Assembly: GCA_043228905.1 (NCBI GenBank) | Contig: JBHGNT010000003.1 | Span: 21,080,001-21,144,000 of the forward strand | DNA length: 64,000 nucleotides | Reading direction: 5' to 3' | Origin: Azolla caroliniana | Taxonomy: Eukaryota; Plantae; Polypodiophyta | Shown: positions 1-12,700 of the stretch, in pieces | Layout: each line of letters opens with the position of its first letter | Numbering within the stretch: the stretch's first letter is position 1 | Program-made: the position numbers and the translations under genes | The notes under the pieces: generated by a model | Told to the model about the DNA's origin: nothing | Seen by the model: the letters and a program-made list of their open reading frames with translations, nothing else | The model's database searches: none

Positions 1-60
1 TGCACCCGTGGTACAATAATCATTGTTGCCCTAAACCCTAAATGAATACAGAGGTATGCT

Positions 61-133
61 ATTTTACCATACTCGAATGGTATAAACATTCGCGAATGCG
101 AATGTACGTATGACACGTATGGTTCATACTATG
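61..133. mobile_element. Terminus of a hAT-like non-autonomous DNA transposon (remainder upstream or outside the window)
   Basis: ...CGTATGACACGTATGGTTCATACTATG ends in the reverse complement of CATAGT and shares the GTATGACACGT subterminal motif with the complete element at 19285-20574. Confidence 0.45.
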
Positions 134-167
134 GTCCACACAGAGAAGAGGGACTGTGAGACACAGC

Positions 168-211
<44 letters not shown>
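168..211. repeat. (GA)n microsatellite upstream of KUP
   Basis: Directly visible AG run. Confidence 0.95.
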
Positions 212-212
<1 letters not shown>

Positions 213-308
213 GCAGGCACTGCTATTTCTCCTCCTCCTCCTACGGACCTCCTCTTTCTGCTGCTGCTGCTGCTGCCGTGTCTACTTCTTCTTCTCCTTC
301 TTCTGGCC

Positions 309-3300
309 ATGGATCCTGAGCTTCCAGCTTCTTCTTTCAAGGTAAGAGTCTCCTCTCTCCTCTTCCTCCTCCTGCTCCTTTTGATCGCTCAGTACCAGGA
401 GATTGTTGTTAAACTGCACGGCGAACATCTCGTCTTCTTCCTTCTGTTTCTTCCTCGTCTTGATTCCTATATGCGGAATGGAACGTCTCTTCTGGTTTCT
501 TCTTCTTCTTCTTCTTTCTTGCACAACACAGGAATTGATATACGGAGAAATGTTGTCATCATCATCTTCTTTTCGCACCGTACAGAAGATGGCACGACAC
601 AGGACACGCTTCTTCTTTTCTCCTTCTTTGCAAATCACGAGAAATGTAGGAACATCATCATCTTCGCCTTCTTCTTCTTCTTCTTCTGTTGATTGCACAT
701 TACAAGGAACGTTGCATGCCTAAAATTCTTCCTCTTCCTATGCGCATTCTGGAGGAAATGATGTATGCAGAATCCTTTCCTTCTTCTACAACTTCTTCTC
801 AGGAGTACAGGAATGGTATACGCAGAAATATTGTTAGAAAGCTAAGAATGATAAATCATTGCACAGTCTCTTCTTTTCCACCAGAATTGGTTTACAAAGA
901 ATTGTCTTTTCATAGCCACATTCATAGCAAATCAACACTCATTCTTCTAGTCTTTGCACAGTGCAGCAAACAGTGTTCACAGAAACGTCTTTCGAGTTTT
1001 AGTGATAGCATACCGATAAAAGTAGATCAGGTTTCTAAACATAATAACATCAATTTGGTCTCATGTTGGTTGAATCTTTGCGAAGATAGCCAATTGTAAG
1101 AATAATGTGATCTAGGTTCTTGAGATCTCTACATTACATATGTATTCATGTGTGTGTCCGTGCATACAGATTCCTATAGAAAGAGGAAAGGTTGCTATGT
1201 CTTCACATATGCATGTGTATGCATTCACATTTACACATACATATTCATTTAGAAAGAGGATGGCATACTTCTCATGCTCCACACATTGCTATATGTACGC
1301 ATTGATGCTGTAATTGTTCAAGCATGCAAGTACATGTAGAAAAAGGAGGGTTGTATGTTTTTCTTAGGTTCCAGTTTATACATGCATATACATGTGTATG
1401 AATTCAAAATTATGAGGGCAATTAAATGTGCCAAGTAAATAATTGATATTTGGAAAAAGAACATATGAAAAGAGGAGCATGCTATACTTCTAGATCTTAG
1501 AAACTATTGCATCTAGGTGTAACATATTGGAAAGGTGGAGAAGGAAAAAGAGTGAAGAGAATTGGAATTTTTTGTTGAATATTTTCAAACCTATCTAAAG
1601 ACTGATCCAATGCATCATTTTTCACGCACATGTACACACACATACATGTAGACAAAGGACAATAAGGATGTACTACTAACATCCCAAAGATTGCTACAAA
1701 TACAGATACAGTACATGTTTACTTGTTTACACTATTGTATGTCGGATTAATGGGCACCAGAAAAGCAAGATGTATGGGACGAAGAAGGAACAACTTCTCA
1801 GCAATATGTGAACACAAGGAGGTAAATATAAGGACACATGGAAGTTAGTGTGTGTGCTTATGAGGAGAAGCAGACTGAGGAAGTTCATGCACCAATCAAG
1901 GGATTGAACTGCGCATTAAAGCTAGGCCATGCAAGCTAATGAGTGTCTAGGGTCTGCTCATCATCACTACATCATGAGAAGATTGCAGCTTGGGAACCCT
2001 ATATGAGAAGATCCAATGAAGTGTTAGGAAGACTGAAGACATGTTGTTATATACTGTAACCTTGTGTAGTAATGCAAAGATCATAGTGCTCAGGGAGGAG
2101 CTTTGCATTAAAAGAACAAAAGAAAAGCTGAGCCTCATGAGTGCATGCTGAAACGAGCCCAAATGAGTGTACAAGAGAAAAAGTCTAAATAGGTTGAGTT
2201 AGTCAGTGAAAACTGAATGAAAGCTAGATAGAAAATGACGAAGGGTACTCCAACTTAAAGTTGTTGGTTCTCTGTAGGATTCCATGTAAGGGAACAATTA
2301 GTTTGGTACAAACTCTCAGCTATCTTCCAGAATGGTGTAGGCAAGCTCTGTGATCAACAAACTATGCCATAAATAATGATGCTTGTCATCCTAAAGTTCT
2401 CCACCAAAATCTTGGTTTGGCCCTTCTCTGGTATTCTACGTATAACAAGAGCTCTAAAACTTTTTAGCCTGCTCCCTATCCAATTTTCGGGCTTGAGGAT
2501 TTACATCTGGAACTTACAAGATCCACATGCACATTCTTGTGCTTAGTTGCTTGCGGATACGATGGGTTAGACATTTACTGTTTCAACTCTTCAATTTCTC
2601 AATTCCTAGTAGCCATCTTAATATCTCCTCATTCACAAGGAAGATAGCTTGGGAGATCGTCTTGTTCTCTAGGTTAGCTATTTATTACTTTTGTGTGTGT
2701 GATAGTCGTTATGATTTTCTTCGAGTTGAGCATATTTTAGTTCTCGACGCTCGAATTTGTGTCTGAGTGATTGGCTCAGACGAATGATTTGATTTGGTCC
2801 TCCTGGCATTCTTGGAAGGAAAAGAGCATCCACCCCCTCGCGGCTTGATGTTTTTTCCTATTTTTTAAGTCTTATGGGTTTTATATAGGTTCTTTTACTG
2901 GTTGGATAGCACCTTTTTGTTGGAAATGGAAGCTGAGAAACAGTTCATTGAAGAGAAAAAAAGAGAGGTGTGACCTATGGGTTTCCTTGCTCAATGTTGT
3001 GTCATATTACAATTGTGATCTTGGAAAGAAAGAAATAAAGAAAAATGAAATGCTGATACTGCACAGAAACGAAATTGTAATTCTTTGCAGAAAATGAAAC
3101 CCTAAATAAAAAGCTGAAAGAGGGTACATGTGATCCACATTTTCTCACTATTTCTATTTGGATACTGTCAATCCAATTCTTTATGTTGATATTACACCAA
3201 CTTTCTTTTTCGATTAACATATTTCCTATGAAGATGTCTTGATGACTATGAAAATGAGTTGTTAATAACTTGTTTTGATTCTCATTCTGTATTAACAGTA

Positions 3301-6300
3301 TTAACCATTGACAAAGCTGACAATTTTTTTAAATTTCTTCTTAAGAAACCTTGTTTATTGCTTCATGGTGTTATTCTGCAATGTAAACGTATTTCTCAAA
3401 TCTTTGATGTTATTGTTGGTTGTATGAGATATTCCAGGGCTCTTATGCAAATGGTTATCGAGGTCTTTTACTTCTGGCATATCAGAGCCTTGGCGTAGTA
3501 TATGGTGATCTAAGCATATCTCCTCTATATGTGTTCAAGAGTACATTTGTGAGAAAACTCCACTATCATGAGAACGAACTCGCTGTTTATGGAGTACTCT
3601 CGTTCATATTCTGGACATTGACATTGATTCCTGTCTTGAAGTATGTATTCATTGTGCTGAGTGCTGATGACAATGGTGAAGGTAAGATCCTGTCTAATAA
3701 TTCTTTTAGTGTGAAAGGCCCTGAGATATTAGTCTACCTGTAAATAAATTATGCTTGATTGAAGGAAGTCTTAAAGTTTAAATTCACCTTGATTATTTTT
3801 AATAGCATAATGTAATACAACTACTGCATAGAAATGTATGTCTTAATGCTATTTTCAAGTACATCAAAGTTGAATGGAACATTTAACCCCTAAATCTTGA
3901 TTATCATTAATCATGACCTTTTTCAGCACTCAGTTTAAGGGTTCTAGTTGGAGTTGTTCATTCGAGTTACCTTTGTGGTGGTTTATTAATTTATGGAAGT
4001 TTGGTTGAAGCAGGTGGACCTTTTGCTTTGTATTCATTGCTATGTAGACATGCAAAGGTCAGCTTACTTCCAGCTCAACAGGCAATTGATGCAGAGTTAT
4101 CAACTTATACACGCAAGGAATCAGATCAGAGCCAAAGGGATCCATGTCTTAAATCTTTTCTGGAGAAACATAGGAATGTCCGCACAAGCCTTCTTGTTCT
4201 GGTTCTACTTGGATCAAGCATGGTCATAGGAGATGGGATACTAACACCTGCCATTTCTGGTAAATGCATCTCTCTGCTGCTTTTGTTAATAAAGTGTGAA
4301 TGACAGTAATATAACTGAAACTCAAGAACTGTTTTTGTAGTTCTTTCATCAGTTCAAGGGCTACATGTTGCATTCTCTGGACTTCCATCTTGTAAGTTGT
4401 AAGCCCTTTACGTGATTTAAAGTAAGTGATTGTCATGCTCACTGTGTAATACTGCTGATAGAATTCTATATGTACATTTAATCGTTAGAAAGCTTTACCA
4501 TATATCTGGAGAACATTTAATAGTCAGTGTTATTTGAGAAGGTGTTGTGTAATGTAGGAATTTGTTCAAGCAATTTATGATTTACTGTTAAAAGTGTCGA
4601 AAATTTTGGGAAACAAATAGAACTAGCAATCATATATGAATCCCAAAGAATACTTTTAATCTGTTAAAACATTTTTCTCCAGTGATTATGAGCATTTGGC
4701 TAGATCTCTATTTTCTTCTTTAGCTTCACAAAATATGCATTGTCATGTTTTGTTCGCTATTTCAGATTACATCAGTTTTTTATGTTTCATAAAGTGTGTA
4801 AATCATGTGAAAAATCTGTACTAGTGCTGATAATCTTATTTGGAACGAATTTGCATCATCTATTATAAAACACAGATATTAAATTCACATAAATTTCATT
4901 GCCAAATTGTTGCAGCGTGGACGCTGTTGGAATTTGAATAGATAGATAAGTCAATGATTTATTTATTTTATGAACAGGAGATTTGATGCCTTTCAACACA
5001 CAATATGATATCCAAAATTACATATTTTTAAATATGCTTTTGTTTTATACCCAGTTATATTGACCTATTTATGGGAAATTATCTATAAAATGTACAGCTC
5101 CAGGATTTGAATGTCAATACTATATAGGTTTCTGAATATGAAAAAATTGTAAGATTTTTGCTAGCTCTTGGTGGTGCCATCTAAAGAACTCTTGAATAAC
5201 CCTTATTTTTGTTCTGATATTTATTCATAGTTGTTAAAAAAAAGTGCATTCTACGTTTAGAATACATTTTACAATACTCTGAAGTATATTCTACATGTAT
5301 TCTATGTTTTAGAACTGCCATTTTTCAAATTTTCACATATTTTAAGAATTTGACATATTCTAAGTATTCAATGTATTCAATGTATTTAACATTTCAAAAG
5401 AACTTAAAAAATTTAAAAATGGTTAAAAACATTTTGAAAAAAACCTTTAAAATTTAAGATGTATTTAATGTATTTTACACGTATTCTAAGTATTTAACTT
5501 ATTTTATCTGTATAATACATATTCTTTAAAAAGTTAGAATACTTAGCATACGTATTCTACATGTATTGTATGCTGAGTATTCTACACCAATATATTTATT
5601 GAAGTAGTTTTTTGGAAATCTGATAAACTTTCTTAATGCAGATGTTGTTCTCATTCTGGCCTGTATCATCTTGGTTGGTCTCTTCACTCTGCAATATTTT
5701 GGTACACACAAAGTTGGCTTCCTTTTCGCTCCAATAGTCCTTGTTTGGCTTATTTCCATTGCCGCAGTTGGTGTTTACAACACAATCTATTGGAATCCAA
5801 GCATTCTGTATGCACTATCTCCTTATTACTTGTATCAATTCTTTCAAGTAGCAGGCAGAGAAGGTTGGATTTCACTTGGTGGCATTGTTCTATGTGTCAC
5901 AGGTATTTGAAATGCTACTTACATTGCAATCCTTTTTAGTTTCCTAAGTTACCTTCTTGTAAAATCTGGATTTTCTCTGCAGGTTCTGAGGCCATGTTTG
6001 CAGATCTTGGGCATTTTACAAAATCATCAATACGGGTGTGCAGTTTGCTTTTGTAAATTACATGTTGTGTCAGGAAATTTATAATGGGACATCAGGAGTT
6101 AAGTATTGATTAGGCTCCTGGTTTCTGCAAATGCAGGCTGCATTCCTTTGCATAGTCTATCCTTGTCTTCTTTTGGGCTACATAGGCCATGCGGCATATC
6201 TTTCAGAGAATATATTGGATGTTGAAGGCAGCTTCTATCAGTCCGTTCCAAGTAATTTCTCAAAACTTTCATTAAAACCTTAGATAGATTCCCAATATTT

Positions 6301-7889
6301 TGTTGGCATTTGCTTTATTTTAAGTACTCAGACGAAACAATATATTATCTTTTTTTGGTAAATGTTATGGGGATAAAATTATAGATAAGAAATTCAGAAT
6401 AGTGAAGTCCAGTTTGTGTTTTGATTTCTTTTAAGTAGTCTGGCTGATGGAGTGAATGTTTATTGATTGCAGGTCCAGTGTTTTGGCCCGTGTTTTTGGT
6501 GGGTACATTGGCTTCAATTGTTGGAAGTCAGGCTGTAATAAGTGCAACATTTTCTATAATAAAGCAATGTCATGCACTCAATTGCTTCCCTAGAGTAAAA
6601 GTTGTACACACTTCCAAACAAATAATGGGCCAAATATACATCCCTGAGATTAACTGGATCCTCATGATCCTCTGTCTGGCAGTAACTCTGGGGTTCAGGG
6701 ATACAACAGCTATTGGAAATGCATATGGTACTTGGTCTTTATTTACTAATTGGAAATTGTTACCAGAAGCTCCATTATTGACAATACAAATTTGATATTT
6801 ACAGGTTTTGCTGCGGTTATTGTAATGTTGGTTACGACATGCCTTATGACACTCATTATGATAATTGTGTGGCGAATGAATACAGTCATAGCTTTATGCT
6901 TCTTCCTTTTCTTTGGGCTGATGGAAGGGCTTTACTTCTCTGCGTCGATTATGAAAGTGGCTGAAGGTGGTTGGGTCCCATTAGTGTTGGCCATTCTGTT
7001 CATGCTGATAATGTATATTTGGCACTATGGCACAGAAAGGAAATATGATTTCGATCTCCAGAACAAGGTTAGCATGAAGTGGATAATTAATTTGGGTCCG
7101 AGCTTGGGGATTGTACGTGTTCCTGGAATTGGTCTCATATATACAGAGTTAGCAACTGGGGTACCAGCAATTTTCTCTCATTTTCTAACAAACTTGCCAG
7201 CATTCCACCAAATTCTGGTGTTTGTATGTATAAAATCAGTTCATGTTCCATATGTTCCAGTCGAGGAAAGATACATAGTTGGAAGGATTGGCCCCAGAGA
7301 GTATCGCATGTATAGGTGTATAGTGAGGTATGGGTACAAAGATATCCGGAAAGAAGATTACGATTTTGAGAATCAATTGATCCTACACATAGGTGAGTTC
7401 ATTCAGAGAGAAGTAGATCAGCAGTTGGCCAATGAACAATCCTTCGAGTATACTGGTGGAATGGCTGTGGTGGGTGCACCTGGGCTTACAGGTATGCAAT
7501 TAGTTACTACAGAAGATACTGATGACTCAATGGCCATAACTAATGCTTCAAGCAGCAAGTCAGCTACATTGCAGAGCTTCCAAGCTGTATCAGAAATGGA
7601 ATCGCCACAGTTGAGGAGGAGAAGGGTTAGGTTTGAATTGCCAAAGAGTCCAGATATTTCGCCATCTGTGAGAGATGAAATGATGGAGCTCATTAATGCT
7701 AAGGAAGCTGGGGTTGCGTACATTTTAGGCCACTCTTATGTGAAAGCCAAGACGTCGTCAACGATCTTAAAGAAGTTTGCGATTGATGTCGGCTACTCTT
7801 TCCTCAGAAAGAATTGTCGGGGACCAGCTGTTGCCTTGAGCATTCCTCATATTTGCCTGATCGAAGTGGGTATGATATATCTTGTATGA
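309..7889 (+). CDS. KUP: KUP/HAK/KT potassium transporter; exons 309-341, 3438-3681, 4014-4259, 4341-4391, 5642-5902, 5983-6035, 6137-6251, 6473-6727, 6805-7889
   Basis: Family motifs [80 protein letters not shown] and the C-terminal EVGMIYLV. All introns are GT-AG and phase-consistent. The first exon ([11 protein letters not shown]) is the least certain. Confidence 0.95.
2926..2967 (+). other. Candidate alternative first coding exon of KUP ([14 protein letters not shown])
   Basis: ATG at 2926, 14 codons, then a GTGTGA donor in phase 0, matching the acceptor at 3437/3438. An upstream acceptor-like TTATATAG ends at 2888. Confidence 0.45.
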
Positions 7890-9779
7890 CATACGATGGT
7901 GGTCCTTATCATCCTATCTCATGTATATGTAGGTTTTCTGCCTGCATTGTCTTTATTGATTTTCCAAATGTTAATTTGTTTTCCTTACACCCTTATCAAT
8001 TTAATGGTGGTCCAATTTATTCCACATTCACAAGAGCTTTTTGATTTTATATGTTTTCCATCAATTACAAGCATCTACAGTTTTGAGAATTGAAAGCGTA
8101 TTCCCGAAACTTCCCGGGCAGTTCGTATATATATAGAAAAACAGCATGAAAGGTTTTACAGAACATATGCGTTTTTTTCTTACATCATAGCTTTTGTTGT
8201 GATTGTTCATTCACTCCATATTATAAAAAACCGTGAGATATTCTGTGAATTCAATCCATATTAAAGATTTTATTTTCGTATGATTTTGGGTAGTCCATGA
8301 GATTAGTGTAGTTGCTCTATAATGGAGTAAGAGACGACAGTACCCTATTAAAACATATTTCATGTAATGCAATGCGTGAATTAAAATACATTCTAAATTA
8401 TAATCATTTTGTTGAACCGACAAATTGGAACAAACCAATCTTTTGGAAAGCAGGTTGGAGATGGGCAACAACAATACAGTATGTATACTGCAAGAATATG
8501 AATTGTTTTTTATGCCAAGCAACTTGAGCAACTACATCTTCCTCTTGGACCTCTATAATATATGCATTTCAAAATTATATATATGAGGCTATCCAGTAAT
8601 GATGTTTTAAGACACTCCTGATATTAATGAGTTCCATAATCAGGGAGTTAGTTCCATGAATCAATTTGTTTTCTTTAATGCCTTGGTGTGTATCATGAAT
8701 AGAATTTACTGATAGAGTTTTCTTGGTGTGTATCAATTAAGAGTTTCAATTTACTACTGTCTTATTAAGAGCATCAATTAATTTCATAATTGTCCTAATG
8801 TACTAACTCCATTATTGGATTGTTCAGAATTGGGATCCTTAAATTGTGTCACTAAATTGTTGTGTTAAGCGTCTCTATTGCTCGTACACATACCAATTTC
8901 AACATTGCTTTACTGCTTGTACATACCATGGAGATGCACATACGTAGATAAAGATGTTGACAAAAAAGCCTTCTTAATTTCAAATAGAAACATCTCCATA
9001 TGCATGTTCACCATGTGCATTGCAAGAAACATCTCCACACTTTTATAACCACAATCAGATGGTTCATTCTTACTAACAGCATGTTATACAACAGCCACAG
9101 ATGTGAGAGGGAAGGTGAGAGACTGAAATCTAAAACTTCTAGGTAAACAATATGTACTAGTTAAACACAAAACTACATAGACCTTGCCTTACTCTTTCAA
9201 TGTACAAAGTTTCTAATAATTATGATAACGATTTATAGGTCTTTTGGGAACCCAGCTTCAGTTCATATCCAGGACTTCATTTTTGACGGAGCATTCCTGA
9301 TTCTACTTTACTCACAAATATGGTAAGATACAAGTTTGAGGCTAACATTTTCATGGTAAACACCTGCCATAGCACATGGTACAAAAGTTCAATACTGAAC
9401 TTGTTTACAAATATTTTACAATGTCATTGCTATTGAGGACACATTTCCATCAGAAAAAACTTTAAGCGATGATCAAACAAACTATTCGGTAATGTATTTA
9501 TAGGGAGAATCAAACAAACTTTTGATGATCCCCACCCTTTTGTGGCATACATTCTGAAGGCCCAAATTCTTATGGGCCACTCACAGCTACAAAATGCTGT
9601 AATCTGGATAAAGAAAATATGGCTCTGAATGAACAAAACTACTCCAATGTTTCTTCCAGTTATCCGCTATGGAAAATCTGGGCCCCCTACATTAGATATA
9701 CCCCAATCTCAAATATACCTTTCAGAATCATGAAAACCCACATCATCATGTTACATTGTCTTACTTTAAGCGATGTTGG

Positions 9780-12700
9780 TCATTGACCACCACTTTGTTG
9801 CTGCTCATAGATTTGCATGTATGTTTCGGAAAGCGCAACCATTTGAGGTAGAGTCTCTGCTACATGCAAGTCTTGCATTTCATACCTGGTCACAACGAAA
9901 ATTAATCTCATTAGAAACTTCCCAGGTCTTATTGGATGGAGAGTATAAAAGCAACACATGAGAAGATTTTAGATTATAACCAAATCTCTTCAGACTTTCG
10001 TTGCACAAAAACTCTGTAGGAGCCTTCACCAGGCTTGCCATCATGGACTATATTTGCAATAAGATCATACTTGGATCGCAACTTTTCATTTCTTTTGGGT
10101 ACCGGAAGAGGGAGATAATCTTTCAACTCCAAATTCTTCACAGGAAAATTGACTGATATGGACAAAATAACCATCTAATCACTACAGGTTTCCAAGGTGC
10201 GCACTATAATATATATATATATAATTACAGAAAATTTGTACTGAAAAATAGAGCACTGACCTAAGGTTGGATTTTTCTCAACAAAGAAGTTGTTTTTAGT
10301 GAATCTTCTCATGTGCAAAATCATGTATTGAGGTAGTCTCGTGACTCGATAACGCATTCTAGCAAGTTGTGGTCTTACAACTTCTGTTATAGACTCACCA
10401 TCAAACTTCTTCAAAATGTTAAACAATGGGACCTGCAGGAAAAGAACATTTTAGCATGTTCACTGTCTCCACATTCATAGTTAGATTATAGAAATACAAT
10501 TTCAAAACAATCACGAGATACTAGTGACTAAATTATAACCTGGGGGATAATATTTTTCTCCATGACATCCTTGAACAGGGGAGGTGGAGGTAAATCCAGT
10601 CCGAGCATCAAAAATGGCATCCTGTTGATCTCCCTATTCATATTGCCAGAAATTCCTTCTCCATTTTGAAATTCTTTTATAACCTCTAGTTCACCCTGCA
10701 AAACAGTCGGAACAAATTGCATTAAAACAACTTTCCATGTTACCACTCTGAATGCAGCCAAAGATGTGCTTTACATGATTGTATATCACAAATCATCTTA
10801 AACCCTATAAGTGCATTATCAACGAACTTTTATGGTGGAGATAAAATGCTCCTAACCCTGAAACACTGTAGTAGACAGTGTTACCATGAACCACCAGCTT
10901 GCAAATGATCAGACATTTCCTGAAAGCATCATCTTAATTCAGAGATGAACTCCTCTTAAATTTTGTTTTGGCTCAGAAATTTAGTAAACAAAGAACCATT
11001 GAGCCTTGATGAGACATATAATTATAGTGTGGCACATACTGCAGGAATTACCAAAAAACAAATGCATCAAGATTTTTTCTCTTATTGCAAATTGCATAGC
11101 ATCTAAGTTGCAGGAAATGGATTTCCTATTCATGGAAACAGATCCTGTGTTCCCAGCATAGGCAGCCATTTCAGGCACACTGAAAATAGCTTAAAATGTT
11201 AAAAATTCATAGCAAACTGTTCAAAGTTTCTTAAACAGATGTCCACATCAATGGGGCACAACCTTTCCCAATAGCACAACTCATACAAAAACATTCACAA
11301 GACATATAGAGAGAGCCTATTTATTCTCAAAGGCCTATGCTACTGGACTTCGTTCGTGGAGATAAAAGATTTCTAACCCTTGAAACACTGTGGTAGTCTG
11401 TCTCATCCTGATCCAACATCTTGCAAATGATCAGGAATTTCCTAAATGATTCATCTTAATTTAGAGATAAAAGAACCCCAAGCTGAGACACATACTTAAT
11501 TATGGTGTGACATACTCAGCAAATATCTATGAAAATAGGGCATGCCACATTTTCCCTGTTACTACAAGATGCATAGCATCTAAGTTGCATGAAACAGATC
11601 CTCTATTAATGGAAAAACTTTATGCATTTCCCAGCAGGGCCAGAAGTTTCAGGCACCCTGAAATATTAAGTTTTCAGAACAAACTGTTCAAAGTTTCTTA
11701 ATCAAATATCCACAGTAATGCCACACATCATACATCAACATTCATGAGATATATATAGAACCTATTTATTCTTAAGGGCCACACAACATTAGAGGATGTT
11801 AATCTAGCCTATGGTCACTTTTGACTTCGACTTGTAATTGAGCTGATTTGGAGTTGCAATATTAACTAATACTACCTTGCTTACTGTGTTGATAATGTTC
11901 TTAGTTTGAAACTAGCATTTAAATTTGTGTACCCATACATTGATTAGAGAAATACGTGCTAACATTTGAGAAAATCGGGGTTGGGAAATTCCAATACTCA
12001 CTTGAAAACACTTGTAAATAACACTGCTGTTTGGTTTTTTGGTTCCTCCAAGGTCAGTATGCAAAGTATTAAGGAGCCATGATATAAATTCCACTGGATC
12101 TGATTGTGCTCCAATTCTGAAGCGCTTCTTACTTGCAACCATCACTGCCTGTAGAAACTCATGTGGACTAACCTGGATACACAAACTAAGATCTCAATTT
12201 GAGGAATTGATGAATCATGATTAATATTTATATTCATTGGCCTTTTTAAAATTATGTGCGGTACTTTTTTTTTGTTTTCAAGGATGAAGGGTCCATAACC
12301 CTTTGAAGATTATAATCCAACTTCAAAAATTTTACAAGCTTGCAAACTCCTAGTATCTTCAATCAAATGCTACATGCTCTAATAAAATGGCTCACTAGTA
12401 ATCAAAACTCTATCCTATATTTTATAAGAGAGATCATCAAACCTATCCTAACCAGTACATAATAACATCACATGACATAATGAAGTTCCCATCAAGAATC
12501 TCAACTTCCTCACAATAACAGGAAGATTTAATAGCATTAAACCAAGAAATAAAAATGCACCACTGCAGACTCTGCCAAATTCTTCTTACATAAGAACAGA
12601 CGGTTTTCTCTAGATTGAACAGGAATGATATAGTATACCTGTCCTTTGAAATTTCTTGGATGCCATATCTTCTTCGTCAACTCTCCAAACCGATGAACAA

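Noticed and set aside
29-42. CCCTAAACCCTAAA as a telomere
   Set aside because: Only two units; short interstitial telo-box motifs also occur near 20694, 32521 and 45607 and are common in plants.
110-1099. Several 70-140 aa ORFs on both strands
   Set aside because: They are translations of GA/CTT microsatellites and low-complexity KUP 5' UTR and intron sequence, with no recognisable domain.
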